A stretch of 64,000 nt of DNA. Source: Gammaproteobacteria bacterium (GTDB taxonomy: Bacteria > Pseudomonadota > Gammaproteobacteria > GCA-002705445 > GCA-002716945). The position numbers and the translations under genes are program-made. Numbering within the stretch: the first letter of the stretch is position 1; each line of letters begins with the position of its first letter. The stretch is from the NCBI GenBank assembly GCA_002698665.1, contig NZZP01000017.1, positions 13,436 to 77,435 on the forward strand. The letters are read 5' to 3'. The notes beneath the pieces were generated by a model. That model was not told where the DNA came from. It did not search any database and saw only the letters and a list, made by a program, of their open reading frames with translations. Positions 1-13,022 of the stretch are shown here, in pieces.

Positions 1-137
1 ATTGGATTTAACAATTTACCATAATTCGTAGTATCCCACTCTTTATCTTCAGCGTAGTCATCCATAATCATAAAGGCAATGATAAAGGGAATCAAAAAAA
101 CTAACACAATTAGTAAAAATTTTATTCGATTATTCAT
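1..137 (-). CDS. Partial ORF running off the window start: a small hydrophobic protein directly downstream of SURF1 in the cox cluster. The 3' end is outside the window.
   Basis: Translating the minus strand from the ATG at position 137 gives MNNRIKFLLIVLVFLIPFIIAFMIMDDYAEDKEWDTTNYGKLLNP with no stop before position 1. It has an N-terminal TM helix. Position after SURF1 matches cox-cluster accessory proteins. Confidence 0.35.
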   Translation of the reverse strand, partial: MNNRIKFLLIVLVFLIPFIIAFMIMDDYAEDKEWDTTNYGKLLNP

Positions 138-142
138 ATAAT

Positions 143-814
143 TTATTCCTTACGTGATAATAAAACCATAAACACAATACCAATTAATGCAAATAAAAAC
201 CACTGTCCTGCATACATATAGTGCTTAAGAACAGGATTTTTGGTATGGATTTCCTGTATCATATATGAATTCTTCTGCTTCTGATTCATTATAATTACAA
301 ATGGTAAGATTTCTTTATTGAGCACTGTAGATATGTTTTTAATGTTAATACTTTGTATTAATATTGGCCAATCATCTAGGTAATGGTCAGTAGCAAGCTG
401 GTAACTTTCTCCATAAAAATATGCATATCCGGTAATATCACTAACTTTATAATCAATTTTGATATTAGGTAGAAACTGACGATTATTATTAGTGACCCAT
501 CCTCTGTTAACAAGTACTATTTTATCTTCAAACGCAACTGGTGTTATAACCTCATACCCAGCTTTTTTATTGTTGATTTTATTATCCAATAGAAATTGTC
601 TCTCGTTATTAAACTGACCTTTAAGTTTTACTTTAGTATACTGGGTTACGCTATCTGTTGAATCTACGATTAATTTAGGTGGTAATGAAGATTTTTTAAC
701 ATAATCATCATACAACATAGACTTTTCTTGGCCACGATCTACCTGCCAAAATCCTAACAATACACATACTATTATTATTGTTAATAGAAAAGATAACTTT
801 AAATATTTAATCAT
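143..814 (-). CDS. SURF1 family cytochrome oxidase assembly protein
   Basis: N-terminal TM helix followed by GFWQVDRGQEK, and a C-terminal TM helix, as in SURF1. It is co-directional with coxBA-ctaG-coxC. Confidence 0.8.
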   Translation of the reverse strand: MIKYLKLSFLLTIIIVCVLLGFWQVDRGQEKSMLYDDYVKKSSLPPKLIVDSTDSVTQYTKVKLKGQFNNERQFLLDNKINNKKAGYEVITPVAFEDKIVLVNRGWVTNNNRQFLPNIKIDYKVSDITGYAYFYGESYQLATDHYLDDWPILIQSINIKNISTVLNKEILPFVIIMNQKQKNSYMIQEIHTKNPVLKHYMYAGQWFLFALIGIVFMVLLSRKE

Positions 815-856
815 GATATTTTTTAATTCAAACTAATATAAAGTATAATACTCATT

Positions 857-1054
857 ATGAAATATATAATATTAATCTTGCTAGCGCTAATTATATACAA
901 TCTAACTGCAGGATTTTTCTATATTATAAAAGATAAAGAACGTTCTAACAGGGGTTTTCACTCACTAAAGACGAGGATAATCCTCTCACTCTTGCTTTTT
1001 GCATTATTAATTATTGGGTATTATTTTGATTTATTAGAACCGCATGGTTTTTGA
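857..1054 (+). CDS. Small twin-transmembrane-helix protein, DUF2909-like, associated with the cox cluster
   Basis: 65 aa with two hydrophobic helices and a FFYIIKDKERSNR ... LLEPHGF pattern that resembles the small proteins found between coxC and SURF1 in proteobacteria. It is on the opposite strand to its neighbours. Confidence 0.5.
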   Translation: MKYIILILLALIIYNLTAGFFYIIKDKERSNRGFHSLKTRIILSLLLFALLIIGYYFDLLEPHGF

Positions 1055-1057
1055 TTT

Positions 1058-1921
1058 TTATAACCAATAAACAAAAACAAATAGGCCTAACCATACAACA
1101 TCAACAAAATGCCAGTACCATGCTACCGCCTCAAAACCAAAATGATTGTCTCCAGCAAAGTGGCCATTAATACACCTAATCATTATAACAGTCAGCATAA
1201 TTGCACCAAGAGTGACATGAAAGCCATGAAAGCCAGTCAACATATAAAATGTTGATCCATATATACCAGTTGAAAGAGTAAGATTTAAGTCAGAGTAAGC
1301 ATGCATGTATTCGTAAGCCTGGAAACCCACAAAAATAAAACCTAAGAATACTGTAAGAGCTAGACCAATGATAAGCTGTTTTCTATTCTGTTCTTTCAGG
1401 CCATGATGTGCCCATGTAACTGTTAAACCACTTGTTAATAAGATTAATGTATTTAGCGCTGGTATGCCGCTCGCTTTCATTAATGTAAAGTCGCCACCAG
1501 CATTTGTTGGCCCATTAGAAGGCCATACTGTCTCAAATTGTGGCCATAAAAATAAGTTTGTAGAAACTTTAGCGCCATCACCACCCAGCCATGGTAAAGA
1601 TAATTCTCTTGCATAATAAAGAGCTCCAAAAAAAGCCGAGAAAAACATTACTTCTGAAAAGATAAACCACACCATTCCCCACCTAAATGATATATCTACT
1701 TGTGCATTATATGTACCAGACTCACTTTCACTTATAACATTGGAAAACCATCCATATGTTATTATAAATAATAAGGCAAATCCGGTAAGCATTATAACCA
1801 TTCCAGATGAATAGCCGTTCATATAATTAGCTAAGCCAATGAAAAGTACTACAAGCGAAATAGTAGCTAGAAAAGGCCATTTTGTTTCATGTGGCACATA
1901 ATAACTATTAGATTCACTCAT
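1058..1921 (-). CDS. coxC: Cytochrome c oxidase subunit III
   Basis: Typical CoxC sequence including HFVDVVWLGLFVFVYWL. Confidence 0.95.
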   Translation of the reverse strand: MSESNSYYVPHETKWPFLATISLVVLFIGLANYMNGYSSGMVIMLTGFALLFIITYGWFSNVISESESGTYNAQVDISFRWGMVWFIFSEVMFFSAFFGALYYARELSLPWLGGDGAKVSTNLFLWPQFETVWPSNGPTNAGGDFTLMKASGIPALNTLILLTSGLTVTWAHHGLKEQNRKQLIIGLALTVFLGFIFVGFQAYEYMHAYSDLNLTLSTGIYGSTFYMLTGFHGFHVTLGAIMLTVIMIRCINGHFAGDNHFGFEAVAWYWHFVDVVWLGLFVFVYWL

Positions 1922-1930
1922 CGCCTTCTC

Positions 1931-2458
1931 CTAGTTAGAGCCAACTTGATCGGTAGTATTAAACATTGTATACGATAATATTAATGTTTTTATATTCTTT
2001 GGCAAATCAGTATCTACCACAAATTGAATGGGAAGTTCTTTAGTTTCAAGACCATTTATTTGTTGTTGAGAGAAACAGAAACATTCAATTTTTTTAAAAT
2101 ATTCTGCATGTTCTCCAGGAACAACACTAGGACTAGCAGTTGCATGTTTAATAGTATTCGAATTATTAGTTAATGTATAAAAAGTGTTGTTAACTTTACC
2201 AACTCGAACAACCATCTCACGGTCAATAGGCTCAAAATTAAATGGCGCAGAATTAGCAACTGTAGATGTAAATTTTACTGTTACATATCTATCAGTTATC
2301 TCTTCTTTGTCGACTATTACTCTCTCTTGATTTGTTTTACCATTCAAACCAGTGATTTCGCAAAAAATATCATAAAGAGGTACCAGCATGTACGAAAATG
2401 AGAACATGAAGAGAACCGCGAAAGTAAGTGCAATATATGTTTTTTTATAAGTATTCAT
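1931..2458 (-). CDS. ctaG: Cytochrome c oxidase assembly protein CtaG/Cox11
   Basis: Cox11 family, with an N-terminal TM helix and a CFCF copper-binding motif. It lies between coxA and coxC. Confidence 0.9.
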   Translation of the reverse strand: MNTYKKTYIALTFAVLFMFSFSYMLVPLYDIFCEITGLNGKTNQERVIVDKEEITDRYVTVKFTSTVANSAPFNFEPIDREMVVRVGKVNNTFYTLTNNSNTIKHATASPSVVPGEHAEYFKKIECFCFSQQQINGLETKELPIQFVVDTDLPKNIKTLILSYTMFNTTDQVGSN

Positions 2459-4035
2459 TAATCTATTTTAGGCGCTACGTTAAATGAATGATAAGGTGGA
2501 GGTGATGATAATGTCCATTCAAGACCTTCAGCGCCATCCCAAACTTTGTCTTCAGCTGTAACATCCTTTTTCAGGGTTTTGTATAGTATATATACAAACA
2601 TTAATTGTGATAAACCAAAACCAAAGGCTCCAACAGATGCGATAGCATTGAAATCTGCAAATTGAACTGCATAATCAGGTATCCTTCTAGGCATACCTGC
2701 AAGCCCAACAAAATGCATCGGAAAGAAAGTTAGGTTAACAAAAATTGTTGTAAGCCAAAAATGGATTTTTCCTAGACTTTCGTCATACATTTTACCTGTC
2801 CATTTTGGTAACCAATAATATACTGCTGCTATAATTGCAAAAACTGCCCCAGGAACTAAGACATAGTGAAAGTGTGCTACTACAAAATAGGTGTCATGAT
2901 ATTGAAAATCCGCTGGGACCATTGCTAACATTAATCCAGAAAAACCACCGATAGTGAATAATACTATAAAAGCAATAGCAAATAACATTGGTGTTTCAAA
3001 TGTCATTGATCCTCGCCACATCGTTGCCACCCAGTTGAAAACTTTTACACCAGTAGGTACCGCAATCAACATTGTTGTGAGCATAAAAAATATCTCTCCT
3101 GCTAAAGGCATGCCAACAGTAAACATATGATGAGCCCAGACAACAAACGATAACAATGCTATTGACGCAGTAGCATAAACCATAGAGTCATATCCAAATA
3201 GTTTTTTCCTAGAGAAAGCCGGAATGATGGTTGAGATTATGCCAAATGCAGGCAATATTAATATGTATACTTCTGGGTGTCCAAAAAACCAAAAAATATG
3301 TTGAAACATAACAGGATCGCCACCACCTGACGCTGTAAAAAATGTTGTTCCAAAAAATCTATCAGTAAGTAACATTGTAATAGCTCCAGCCAGTACGGGC
3401 ATTGCAGCAATTAATAAAAATGCAGTGATTAACCATGTCCATACAAAGATAGGCATTTTCATCAAAGTCATACCAGGCGCTCTCATATTAAGTATGGTTG
3501 CAATAACATTAATAGCTCCCAATATTGATGATAATCCAAGCATATGAATCGAAAGGATGACAAACGGCATTGAGTCTCCACCCTGCAGAGATAATGGAGG
3601 ATATAATGTCCAACCAGCTGCTGGTCCGCCGCTTTCAAAAAATAGAGTACTTATCATCATAGTAAATGCAAAAGGTAGAATCCAAAAACTCCAATTATTA
3701 AGTCTCGGAAGTGCCATATCCGGCGCACCAATCATTAATGGTATTTGCCAATTGGCTAATCCTACAAAGGCAGGCATGACCGCTCCAAAAATCATTATTA
3801 GTGCATGCATTGTTGTCATCTGATTGAAAAAACCAGGAATAACCAATTGAAGTCCAGGCTGGAACAATTCTGCACGTATGACTAGTGCCATAAAACCACC
3901 GATAAAAAACATTAGAAGGCTAAACCAAAGATACAACGTGCCGATATCCTTATGGTTTGTTGTAGTAATCCATCTCATAATACCAGATGGAGTATGATGG
4001 TGATCGTCATGAAGTTTATCTATATTAGTACTCAT
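2458..4035 (-). CDS. coxA: Cytochrome c oxidase subunit I
   Basis: 525 aa with classic heme-copper oxidase subunit I motifs ([13 protein letters not shown]). Confidence 0.97.
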   Translation of the reverse strand: MSTNIDKLHDDHHHTPSGIMRWITTTNHKDIGTLYLWFSLLMFFIGGFMALVIRAELFQPGLQLVIPGFFNQMTTMHALIMIFGAVMPAFVGLANWQIPLMIGAPDMALPRLNNWSFWILPFAFTMMISTLFFESGGPAAGWTLYPPLSLQGGDSMPFVILSIHMLGLSSILGAINVIATILNMRAPGMTLMKMPIFVWTWLITAFLLIAAMPVLAGAITMLLTDRFFGTTFFTASGGGDPVMFQHIFWFFGHPEVYILILPAFGIISTIIPAFSRKKLFGYDSMVYATASIALLSFVVWAHHMFTVGMPLAGEIFFMLTTMLIAVPTGVKVFNWVATMWRGSMTFETPMLFAIAFIVLFTIGGFSGLMLAMVPADFQYHDTYFVVAHFHYVLVPGAVFAIIAAVYYWLPKWTGKMYDESLGKIHFWLTTIFVNLTFFPMHFVGLAGMPRRIPDYAVQFADFNAIASVGAFGFGLSQLMFVYILYKTLKKDVTAEDKVWDGAEGLEWTLSSPPPYHSFNVAPKID

Positions 4036-4047
4036 ATATTTTCCTTG

Positions 4048-4866
4048 TTACCTATTTTTTGCTATTTTTTCATCTTTCTGGATTGATACCCATTTAATAT
4101 ATTCATCTTTAGGGACAGCTTTAACTACAATTGGCATAAAGCCATGGTCTTTTCCACAAAGTTCAGCGCATTGCCCTCTGTAAATTCCTGGCTTACTAAT
4201 ATCAATCCACATCTCATTAATATATCCTGGTATAGCATCTTTTTTCCCACCTAGCTCTGGCACCCACCAGGCATGTATAACATCACTAGCTGTTAATAAA
4301 ATTCTTATTTTTGTGTCAGTTGGAAGAACCACTACATTATCTACATTACGCAGGTAGTCATCCACCTCAAAAACATCAAGTCCTGAATTAAGACGTCTTG
4401 CAGTATTACTAGCGGTGTCAATCTTGCTGAAGAAAGAAACATCGTCTTCTAAATATTCATATTGCCACATCCATTGATATCCTGTTACCTTAAGTGTTAT
4501 TTCTGAATCTCTCGTATCTTCCATCAATATAAGTGCTTTGGTTGCTGGTATAGCCATTCCGACTAATATTATAAATGGTATTACTGTCCAGATAATCTCA
4601 ACTTTTGTACTCTCATGGAAAGAAGCAGGTTTGTGTCCAACAGACTTCCTATGATAGATAATCGAGTAAAGCATAGCCCCAAAAACCAGAATGCCAATTA
4701 CAACTGTTATATAGAAGATTAACATATGTATGTCATATGCTATTTCACTCGTTGGTGTTACACCACGAGGCATATTAGTTTCCCAGTCTGCGAAGATTGA
4801 TCCAGGAAATGATGCGATTAATAGTGTTGTTAATATTCTCATTATAGTCCTTTCTTTTATGAACAA
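4048..4866 (-). CDS. coxB: Cytochrome c oxidase subunit II (CuA)
   Basis: Signal peptide plus two TM helices, and the CuA site HAWWVPELGGKKDAIPGYINEMW...CAELCGKDHGFM. Confidence 0.95.
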   Translation of the reverse strand: MFIKERTIMRILTTLLIASFPGSIFADWETNMPRGVTPTSEIAYDIHMLIFYITVVIGILVFGAMLYSIIYHRKSVGHKPASFHESTKVEIIWTVIPFIILVGMAIPATKALILMEDTRDSEITLKVTGYQWMWQYEYLEDDVSFFSKIDTASNTARRLNSGLDVFEVDDYLRNVDNVVVLPTDTKIRILLTASDVIHAWWVPELGGKKDAIPGYINEMWIDISKPGIYRGQCAELCGKDHGFMPIVVKAVPKDEYIKWVSIQKDEKIAKNR

Positions 4867-4913
4867 TATAATAACAAAGTATTAGTATTTATGGAATTTC
4901 TAATTTAAGAAAA

Positions 4914-5744
4914 TTAAATTTTTTTAATAGGTATTACCTTAGTATTATTGCTCTCTTTCTGGTTATGGTTTTTCCATGAAAAACCATAAATCATTTCGTA
5001 TGTGACGGGGTATAATTTATTTTTTTTATTGATTGGGTAAGAGTTTAATAACCTAATATAATCACTTTTCTTGGTGTAAGATTTTGATGTTCCAATCAAA
5101 GTATTAGCGCCTGTTTTTCTAAGTGAATCCAGGACATCATGAAATGTTCGGTATTCAACAACAACCTCTTCCATGTCCATTACTGGGTCTTGAAATTTAT
5201 TATTTAGCAGTGAATCTCCATATAAGTGAAGATCAGTAAAACTATTTATATGTTGATTATCATCTACGTTAGCATAAGCTTCTTGTAATTCTTTCAGTGT
5301 AGAAGGACCAACTGTAGTAAACATAAATAATCCATTATCTTTTAATATTTTAAAAATATCAAAAAAGATTTTATCTATCTCCTCACACCAATGCAAAGTA
5401 AAGCTTGAAACCACTAAATCAAAAGAAGAATAGTTAAAGGGTAATTTTTCTATATCAGATATTACTAATTTAAAATTATTATTTTTTTTTCTGCATTCTA
5501 AAATCATTTTTTCAGAAATATCTAAACAAGTTACACTAGCACTAGGGTATTTTTCTGCAATTAAACTGGCAAGGTAACCTGTGCCACTTCCTAAATCTAG
5601 TATGTTTAAAGGATTAATTTTTGTGAGACTTAGTCTTCCAATCATTCTTCTGGCTATCTCTTTTTGCACAAGAGAGTAGTTATCATAAAACTTAGATTTG
5701 GAGTCAAAAGATCTTGCTATTTTTTTTCTATATTTTTCTTTCAA
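4914..5744 (-). CDS. bioC: Malonyl-ACP O-methyltransferase BioC
   Basis: Class I SAM methyltransferase with a BioC-like N-terminus (ARSFDSKSKFYDNYSLVQKEIA) and the LDLGSGTG motif. It sits next to bioH. Confidence 0.75.
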   Translation of the reverse strand: MKEKYRKKIARSFDSKSKFYDNYSLVQKEIARRMIGRLSLTKINPLNILDLGSGTGYLASLIAEKYPSASVTCLDISEKMILECRKKNNNFKLVISDIEKLPFNYSSFDLVVSSFTLHWCEEIDKIFFDIFKILKDNGLFMFTTVGPSTLKELQEAYANVDDNQHINSFTDLHLYGDSLLNNKFQDPVMDMEEVVVEYRTFHDVLDSLRKTGANTLIGTSKSYTKKSDYIRLLNSYPINKKNKLYPVTYEMIYGFSWKNHNQKESNNTKVIPIKKI

Positions 5745-6459
5745 CTTCCAAGAACCTCTTTATTATAGTATAAATTTTCTGACTTCCATTGATGAAAGGT
5801 ATATGACCTAATCCATCTAAATGATATTTAATGATATTTTTATTTTCAGGTGTAACAGAAGACTCGCCAATTAATTTATCATTATTACTTACTATTGAGA
5901 GTATTTTATCATATAAATTATTCGTAATTGTCATAGGTTTAAATTTATTCATATACATCAAGTTACTCTTCAAAATTTCATTCGAAGGTAAGCTGTCAAC
6001 ATCAAAAATTTCAATAATATTTTTATAATCAGATTTAGATGTCTGAGAGTATCTTGTGCACTCAAACATAAATTTTTTTATGGCGCCCACTCGGTCTATG
6101 TCTAGAGACTTTATTAAATTCTTAATATTCTCCTGATTAATAAGTTGGTCGTTATTTGTACTACTATCAAATTTAGAATTAATCAAAATCATTTTTCTTA
6201 TATTGCATTGAGGATTGCTTATGGCATTTAATGCTAGTAGTCCGCTATATGAGTATGCGACTACAAAACATGGCTCATTTCTGGAAAAAATTTTTAAACA
6301 ATAATTTTCATGGGATTGTATATCATTTTTATTAGTACCATAGCCGGGCAGATCATGAATTTCAATATTATATTGATTATTGAACATTTCTGGTAATTTA
6401 TACCAAATACGACTATCAAATAACCATCCATGTAAAAAAATTATGTTAGATTTATGCAT
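5728..6459 (-). CDS. bioH: Pimeloyl-ACP methyl ester esterase BioH (alpha/beta hydrolase)
   Basis: IIFLHGWLFDSRIW matches the E. coli BioH N-terminus LVLLHGWGLNAEVW. It has the nucleophile elbow AYSYS and overlaps bioC by 17 nt. Confidence 0.65.
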   Translation of the reverse strand: MHKSNIIFLHGWLFDSRIWYKLPEMFNNQYNIEIHDLPGYGTNKNDIQSHENYCLKIFSRNEPCFVVAYSYSGLLALNAISNPQCNIRKMILINSKFDSSTNNDQLINQENIKNLIKSLDIDRVGAIKKFMFECTRYSQTSKSDYKNIIEIFDVDSLPSNEILKSNLMYMNKFKPMTITNNLYDKILSIVSNNDKLIGESSVTPENKNIIKYHLDGLGHIPFINGSQKIYTIIKRFLEVERKI

Positions 6460-6511
6460 TATTATTCCGAGTAAACTATGATTAAACTTATATTAATTAT
6501 ATATTATTCAG

Positions 6512-7102
6512 ATGATAGAAAATATCCTGAACATGGAGATACTGGGTGTTAGCCTAATTTTATATTTAATTGGCTCCATACCATTTGCAATAGTCACATC
6601 AAAATTATTTAGTTTGCAAGACCCCAGGTCATTTGGTTCTGGCAATCCTGGTGCTACCAATGTACTTAGGAGTGGAAACAAGCCAGCAGCAATATTAACT
6701 TTATTAGGTGATGCCCTTAAAGGCTATATTCCTGTATTACTTTTAGATCAAATGGGATTGATGCAGCATACCATTTATTTGATGACATTTTCGATATTAC
6801 TTGGGCATGCTTTCCCAATTACTCTTAATTTTAAAGGAGGCAAAGGGGTAGCCACATCAATGGGTATATTATTAGCACTGAATTTATTATTAGGAGTTAT
6901 CCTGATAATTATTTGGATAATTATATACTATACATTTAGGATATCAGGTGTATCCGCCATAGTATCTTTCGTTTTTCTGCCATTACTAATGTACATGATA
7001 TCAAATAATCCATATATGGTTGCGTTATCATTCGTCAACACGATATTTATAATAATGACACACAAATCAAACATAATATCATTTTTTTCAGATAAGTCTT
7101 GA
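6512..7102 (+). CDS. plsY: Glycerol-3-phosphate acyltransferase PlsY
   Basis: GSGNPGATNVLRSG motif and multi-TM topology. Confidence 0.9.
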   Translation: MIENILNMEILGVSLILYLIGSIPFAIVTSKLFSLQDPRSFGSGNPGATNVLRSGNKPAAILTLLGDALKGYIPVLLLDQMGLMQHTIYLMTFSILLGHAFPITLNFKGGKGVATSMGILLALNLLLGVILIIIWIIIYYTFRISGVSAIVSFVFLPLLMYMISNNPYMVALSFVNTIFIIMTHKSNIISFFSDKS

Positions 7103-8080
7103 AACAGGGCTGGGTTTTATCTCTAAGGAATTTTCAATAGAATCTGAAGATTTTAAATAACCCATAAATGCAATCATAGCACCATTATCAGTACTAAATG
7201 AGATGTCTGGAAAAAAGATGTTTCTAGAGCCTTTTTCTTTTTGAAATCTTTTTCTTAGTTTTTTATTTGCGCTGACACCACCGACAATTACAATATTATC
7301 AATTTCATATTTTTGAGCAGCAGATAATGTTTTAGAAATTAAAACATCTAAAATAGCATTCTCAAACTCAAAAGATATCTCTGATACCAGCTTAGGACTT
7401 AGCTTTTGTTTTTTTATTTCTAAGCCAACATGAGTTTTGAGTCCACTAAAACTAAAATTAAAACAGTCGCTATTAATCATTGGGCGTGGAAAAGAAAATT
7501 TTGACGACTGGGTTTTTTCCGCATGCATTGAAATCTTCGGGCCACCAGGATAACTCAAACCCAACTGTCTTGCAACTTTATCAAAAACTTCTCCAGCTGA
7601 GTCATCTAGAGATTTTCCTAAAATTTTATAATTCGAATTATCTTTAATAACTGACAATAAAGTATGTCCGCCGGAAACTAGAAGTGATAAAAATGGTGGC
7701 TTTAATTGAGTGTTGGATATCATTGCTGAAAATATATGAGCCTCGAGATGGTCAATTTCAATCGCCTTAATACCCAAAGACCAGGCGAGTGATTTTGCGA
7801 AAGATGCGCCAATTAATAAAGGGCCTAAAAGGCCTGGGCCATTAGTAAATGCTATCAAATCTATATCTTGAAGTTTTATATTTTCGCGTTTTAATAAAGT
7901 ATCTAATAAAGGAATTAATTTAAGCACATGATCCCTTGAAGCAAGTTCTGGCACAACTCCACCATATTTAGCATGAATATTATGTTGTGAGCTGACAATA
8001 TGCCCAATTAGACCATTATGCGAATCATATAATGCCAAACCAGTCTCATCACATGAAGACTCTATTCCTAATACAATCAT
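7088..8080 (-). CDS. tsaD: tRNA N6-adenosine threonylcarbamoyltransferase TsaD
   Basis: N-terminus MIVLGIESSCDETGLALYD and Kae1/TsaD family features. It is divergent from rpsU, as in E. coli. Confidence 0.95.
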   Translation of the reverse strand: MIVLGIESSCDETGLALYDSHNGLIGHIVSSQHNIHAKYGGVVPELASRDHVLKLIPLLDTLLKRENIKLQDIDLIAFTNGPGLLGPLLIGASFAKSLAWSLGIKAIEIDHLEAHIFSAMISNTQLKPPFLSLLVSGGHTLLSVIKDNSNYKILGKSLDDSAGEVFDKVARQLGLSYPGGPKISMHAEKTQSSKFSFPRPMINSDCFNFSFSGLKTHVGLEIKKQKLSPKLVSEISFEFENAILDVLISKTLSAAQKYEIDNIVIVGGVSANKKLRKRFQKEKGSRNIFFPDISFSTDNGAMIAFMGYLKSSDSIENSLEIKPSPVSRLI

Positions 8081-8166
8081 AAATAACCTTTATATGCTCT
8101 AAATCTGTTGATTTATTGATATATTCAAGTAATATTACGCCATTATAAACTATTTTATAGATATTT

Positions 8167-8391
8167 ATGCCAAGTGTACAAATTAGAGATAACGAACCAT
8201 TTGAAATTGCTTTAAGAAGGTTCAAAAGAGGATGTGAAAAAGCTGGAATTCTTGCTGAAACTCGCAGAAGAGAGTTTTATGAGAAACCAACTGCAATGAG
8301 AAAGAGAAAGATAGCTGCAGCAACAAAAAGACATAAACGGAAAGTTAGTATGTCTGCCATACGAAAAAAACCACCTTATAAAAAATTCTAA
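8167..8391 (+). CDS. rpsU: 30S ribosomal protein S21
   Basis: [42 protein letters not shown] is closely similar to E. coli S21. Confidence 0.9.
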   Translation: MPSVQIRDNEPFEIALRRFKRGCEKAGILAETRRREFYEKPTAMRKRKIAAATKRHKRKVSMSAIRKKPPYKKF

Positions 8392-8397
8392 AACTTA

Positions 8398-8850
8398 ATG
8401 TCTAATCAGTCATTGAAATCTAAAATACAAGCAGATCTCGTAACTCACATGAAATCAGGTGAAAAATTGAAAGTAGAGATATTGAGATTCGCAATATCAT
8501 TTATTACAAAAGAAGAAAAGGATCAAAAAAAAGACTTATCTGATTCAGAAACTTTACAAGTTCTTAAAAGAGTATTAAAAAGAAATCAAGAGTCATATGA
8601 CCAATTCATAAAGGCAGGAAGAAGTGATTTAGCAGAAAAAGAAAAAAAAGAAATGGATTTGATACAAGCATATCTTCCAACTCTTCTATCAGAAGATGAG
8701 ACAACTGCAATCGTAAAAGAAGCTATTAAGAGTCTAGAAATTGATTCAATCAAGAATATGGGCAAAGTTATGGCACACATAAAAAATACACACTCAGAAA
8801 ATGTGGATATGTCACTAGTCAGTAAGTTGACTAAAAAACTCCTTTCTTGA
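8398..8850 (+). CDS. yqeY: GatB/YqeY domain protein
   Basis: 150 aa with a YqeY-like pattern (KSKIQADLVTHMKSGEK...LRFAISFI). It follows rpsU, which is typical. Confidence 0.75.
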   Translation: MSNQSLKSKIQADLVTHMKSGEKLKVEILRFAISFITKEEKDQKKDLSDSETLQVLKRVLKRNQESYDQFIKAGRSDLAEKEKKEMDLIQAYLPTLLSEDETTAIVKEAIKSLEIDSIKNMGKVMAHIKNTHSENVDMSLVSKLTKKLLS

Positions 8851-8915
8851 ATAATATTGCCTATATCAGCAAGTACCTAATAAAATTATCGACCACTTAG
8901 CCTTAGATGGTATAA

Positions 8916-11397
<2,482 letters not shown>

Positions 11398-11400
11398 AAT

Positions 11401-11913
11401 ATGGATTCCTCTAATATATTTATTGTTGGCTCTATGGGTTCAGGTAAGAGCTCAATAGGAAAAATACTTGCTAAAAAAGTAAATCGTAAATTCATTGATA
11501 CAGACAATGAGATTATTAATATTATGGGGTGCAATATTACAGAAATTTTCCAGAAATATGGTGAAGAGTATTTCAGAGAACTAGAAACAAAAGAGCTTAA
11601 TAAATGTCAACCAGAAGTTAACCTAGTTATATCAACTGGCGGGGGAATAATATTGAGGAGAGAGAATATTAACATTATGAAAGAATCCGGGCATATAATT
11701 TTCTTAGATATTGATGTTGATACACAGCTCAAACGATTAAAAAATAAAAAAAATAGACCGCTTTTGTCAAATAAAGATTTAAAGAAAGAACTTACTAATC
11801 TAAAGACGGAAAGAGATAAAGTTTATAAAGAAATTGCAGATGTTATAATAAAAGTATCTAATAAAGATAAAATTTCTATCGTAAAAGATATACAATCTAT
11901 TTTATATGAATAA
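11401..11913 (+). CDS. aroK: Shikimate kinase
   Basis: Walker A motif GSMGSGKSSIGKILA and the aroK-aroB order. Confidence 0.9.
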   Translation: MDSSNIFIVGSMGSGKSSIGKILAKKVNRKFIDTDNEIINIMGCNITEIFQKYGEEYFRELETKELNKCQPEVNLVISTGGGIILRRENINIMKESGHIIFLDIDVDTQLKRLKNKKNRPLLSNKDLKKELTNLKTERDKVYKEIADVIIKVSNKDKISIVKDIQSILYE

Positions 11914-12982
11914 AATCAACCTGAAAGTATCTACAAAGACTGTCCCAATAACAATTGGCAATAATATTATTACAAGGAAGAGCCTTGATACGTATGTGAA
12001 GACAAATAATGTTGTTGTTATTACTAACACGACTGTGGCTAGGTTATATTTAAAAGATTTAAAAAAAGTTTTATTTAAGCGTAATATTTTTTCTTATGTA
12101 TTGCCCGATGGAGAAAAATATAAAAATATTAATTCATTAAATAAAATTCATGATTACTTAATTAAAAGCAAACTTAATAGAGATATCACTATATTAGCAC
12201 TTGGTGGTGGCGTTATAGGTGATATAGCTGCTTTTGCTGCTGACACTTTTTTACGAGGAGTACCATTGATACATATACCAACAACCTTGCTAGCTCAAGT
12301 TGATTCTTCTATGGGTGGTAAGTGTGGTATTAATCATACTTTAGGTAAAAACTTAATAGGGAGCTTTAAGCATCCAGAAGCTGTTCTAATTGATATAAAA
12401 TACCTTAAGACATTAGCAGATAAAGAATACATTTCAGGTTTAGCAGAGGTGGTGAAATATGGCGCTATAAGTAACCCATCATTTTTAAAGTGGCTAAATA
12501 AATATTCCAATCAAATACTTAACAGACAAACTACTAGTTTAATTAAACTAATTAATACGTCTGTTAAAGAAAAAGTTAAAATTGTTCACAAAGATGAAAA
12601 GGAAAGTAATATACGAGCATATCTAAATTTTGGGCATACACTCGGACATGCAGTAGAATCAGCTATGAATTATAAAAAAATACTACATGGAGAAGCTATT
12701 AGCTTAGGAATGGTTTTTGCCTCGGCACTCTCCGTTGAAAAAGCAAGTCTCACAATTGATGAATTTAACTTAATCGTTAATACTTTAGAAAAGTTTTGCC
12801 TACCCATTCAAATTCCATCTAAATTAAAAACCACAAAAATAATGCAACATATGGATTTTGATAAAAAAAAGAAAGATGGGAAGATTAATTTCGTGCTTCT
12901 GAGATCACTTGGTGAATGCGTGGTTTTTGATAGAATTTCTAGAGTATACATATCAAAAATGGTAAATACTTTCCAAAGGTAA
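11906..12982 (+). CDS. aroB: 3-dehydroquinate synthase
   Basis: LGGGVIGDIAAFAA and the metal-binding region HTLGHAVE. Confidence 0.9.
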   Translation: MNKINLKVSTKTVPITIGNNIITRKSLDTYVKTNNVVVITNTTVARLYLKDLKKVLFKRNIFSYVLPDGEKYKNINSLNKIHDYLIKSKLNRDITILALGGGVIGDIAAFAADTFLRGVPLIHIPTTLLAQVDSSMGGKCGINHTLGKNLIGSFKHPEAVLIDIKYLKTLADKEYISGLAEVVKYGAISNPSFLKWLNKYSNQILNRQTTSLIKLINTSVKEKVKIVHKDEKESNIRAYLNFGHTLGHAVESAMNYKKILHGEAISLGMVFASALSVEKASLTIDEFNLIVNTLEKFCLPIQIPSKLKTTKIMQHMDFDKKKKDGKINFVLLRSLGECVVFDRISRVYISKMVNTFQR

Positions 12983-13022
12983 ATTTTCTCTAAATCTAAT
13001 AATATGTTAGAATTCTAGTATT

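Noticed and set aside
3557-3823. 88-aa plus-strand ORF inside coxA
   Set aside because: It lies entirely antisense to a highly conserved gene, has no start context, and has an Ala/Pro/Gly-rich composition typical of reverse-frame artefacts.
6460-6511. BirA operator (bioO) upstream of bioH-bioC
   Set aside because: No ~40-bp palindrome resembling TTGTAAACC...GGTTTACAA is present in the 52-bp divergent region.
8586-8780. 64-aa minus-strand ORF within yqeY
   Set aside because: It is antisense to a conserved gene and has no homology cues.
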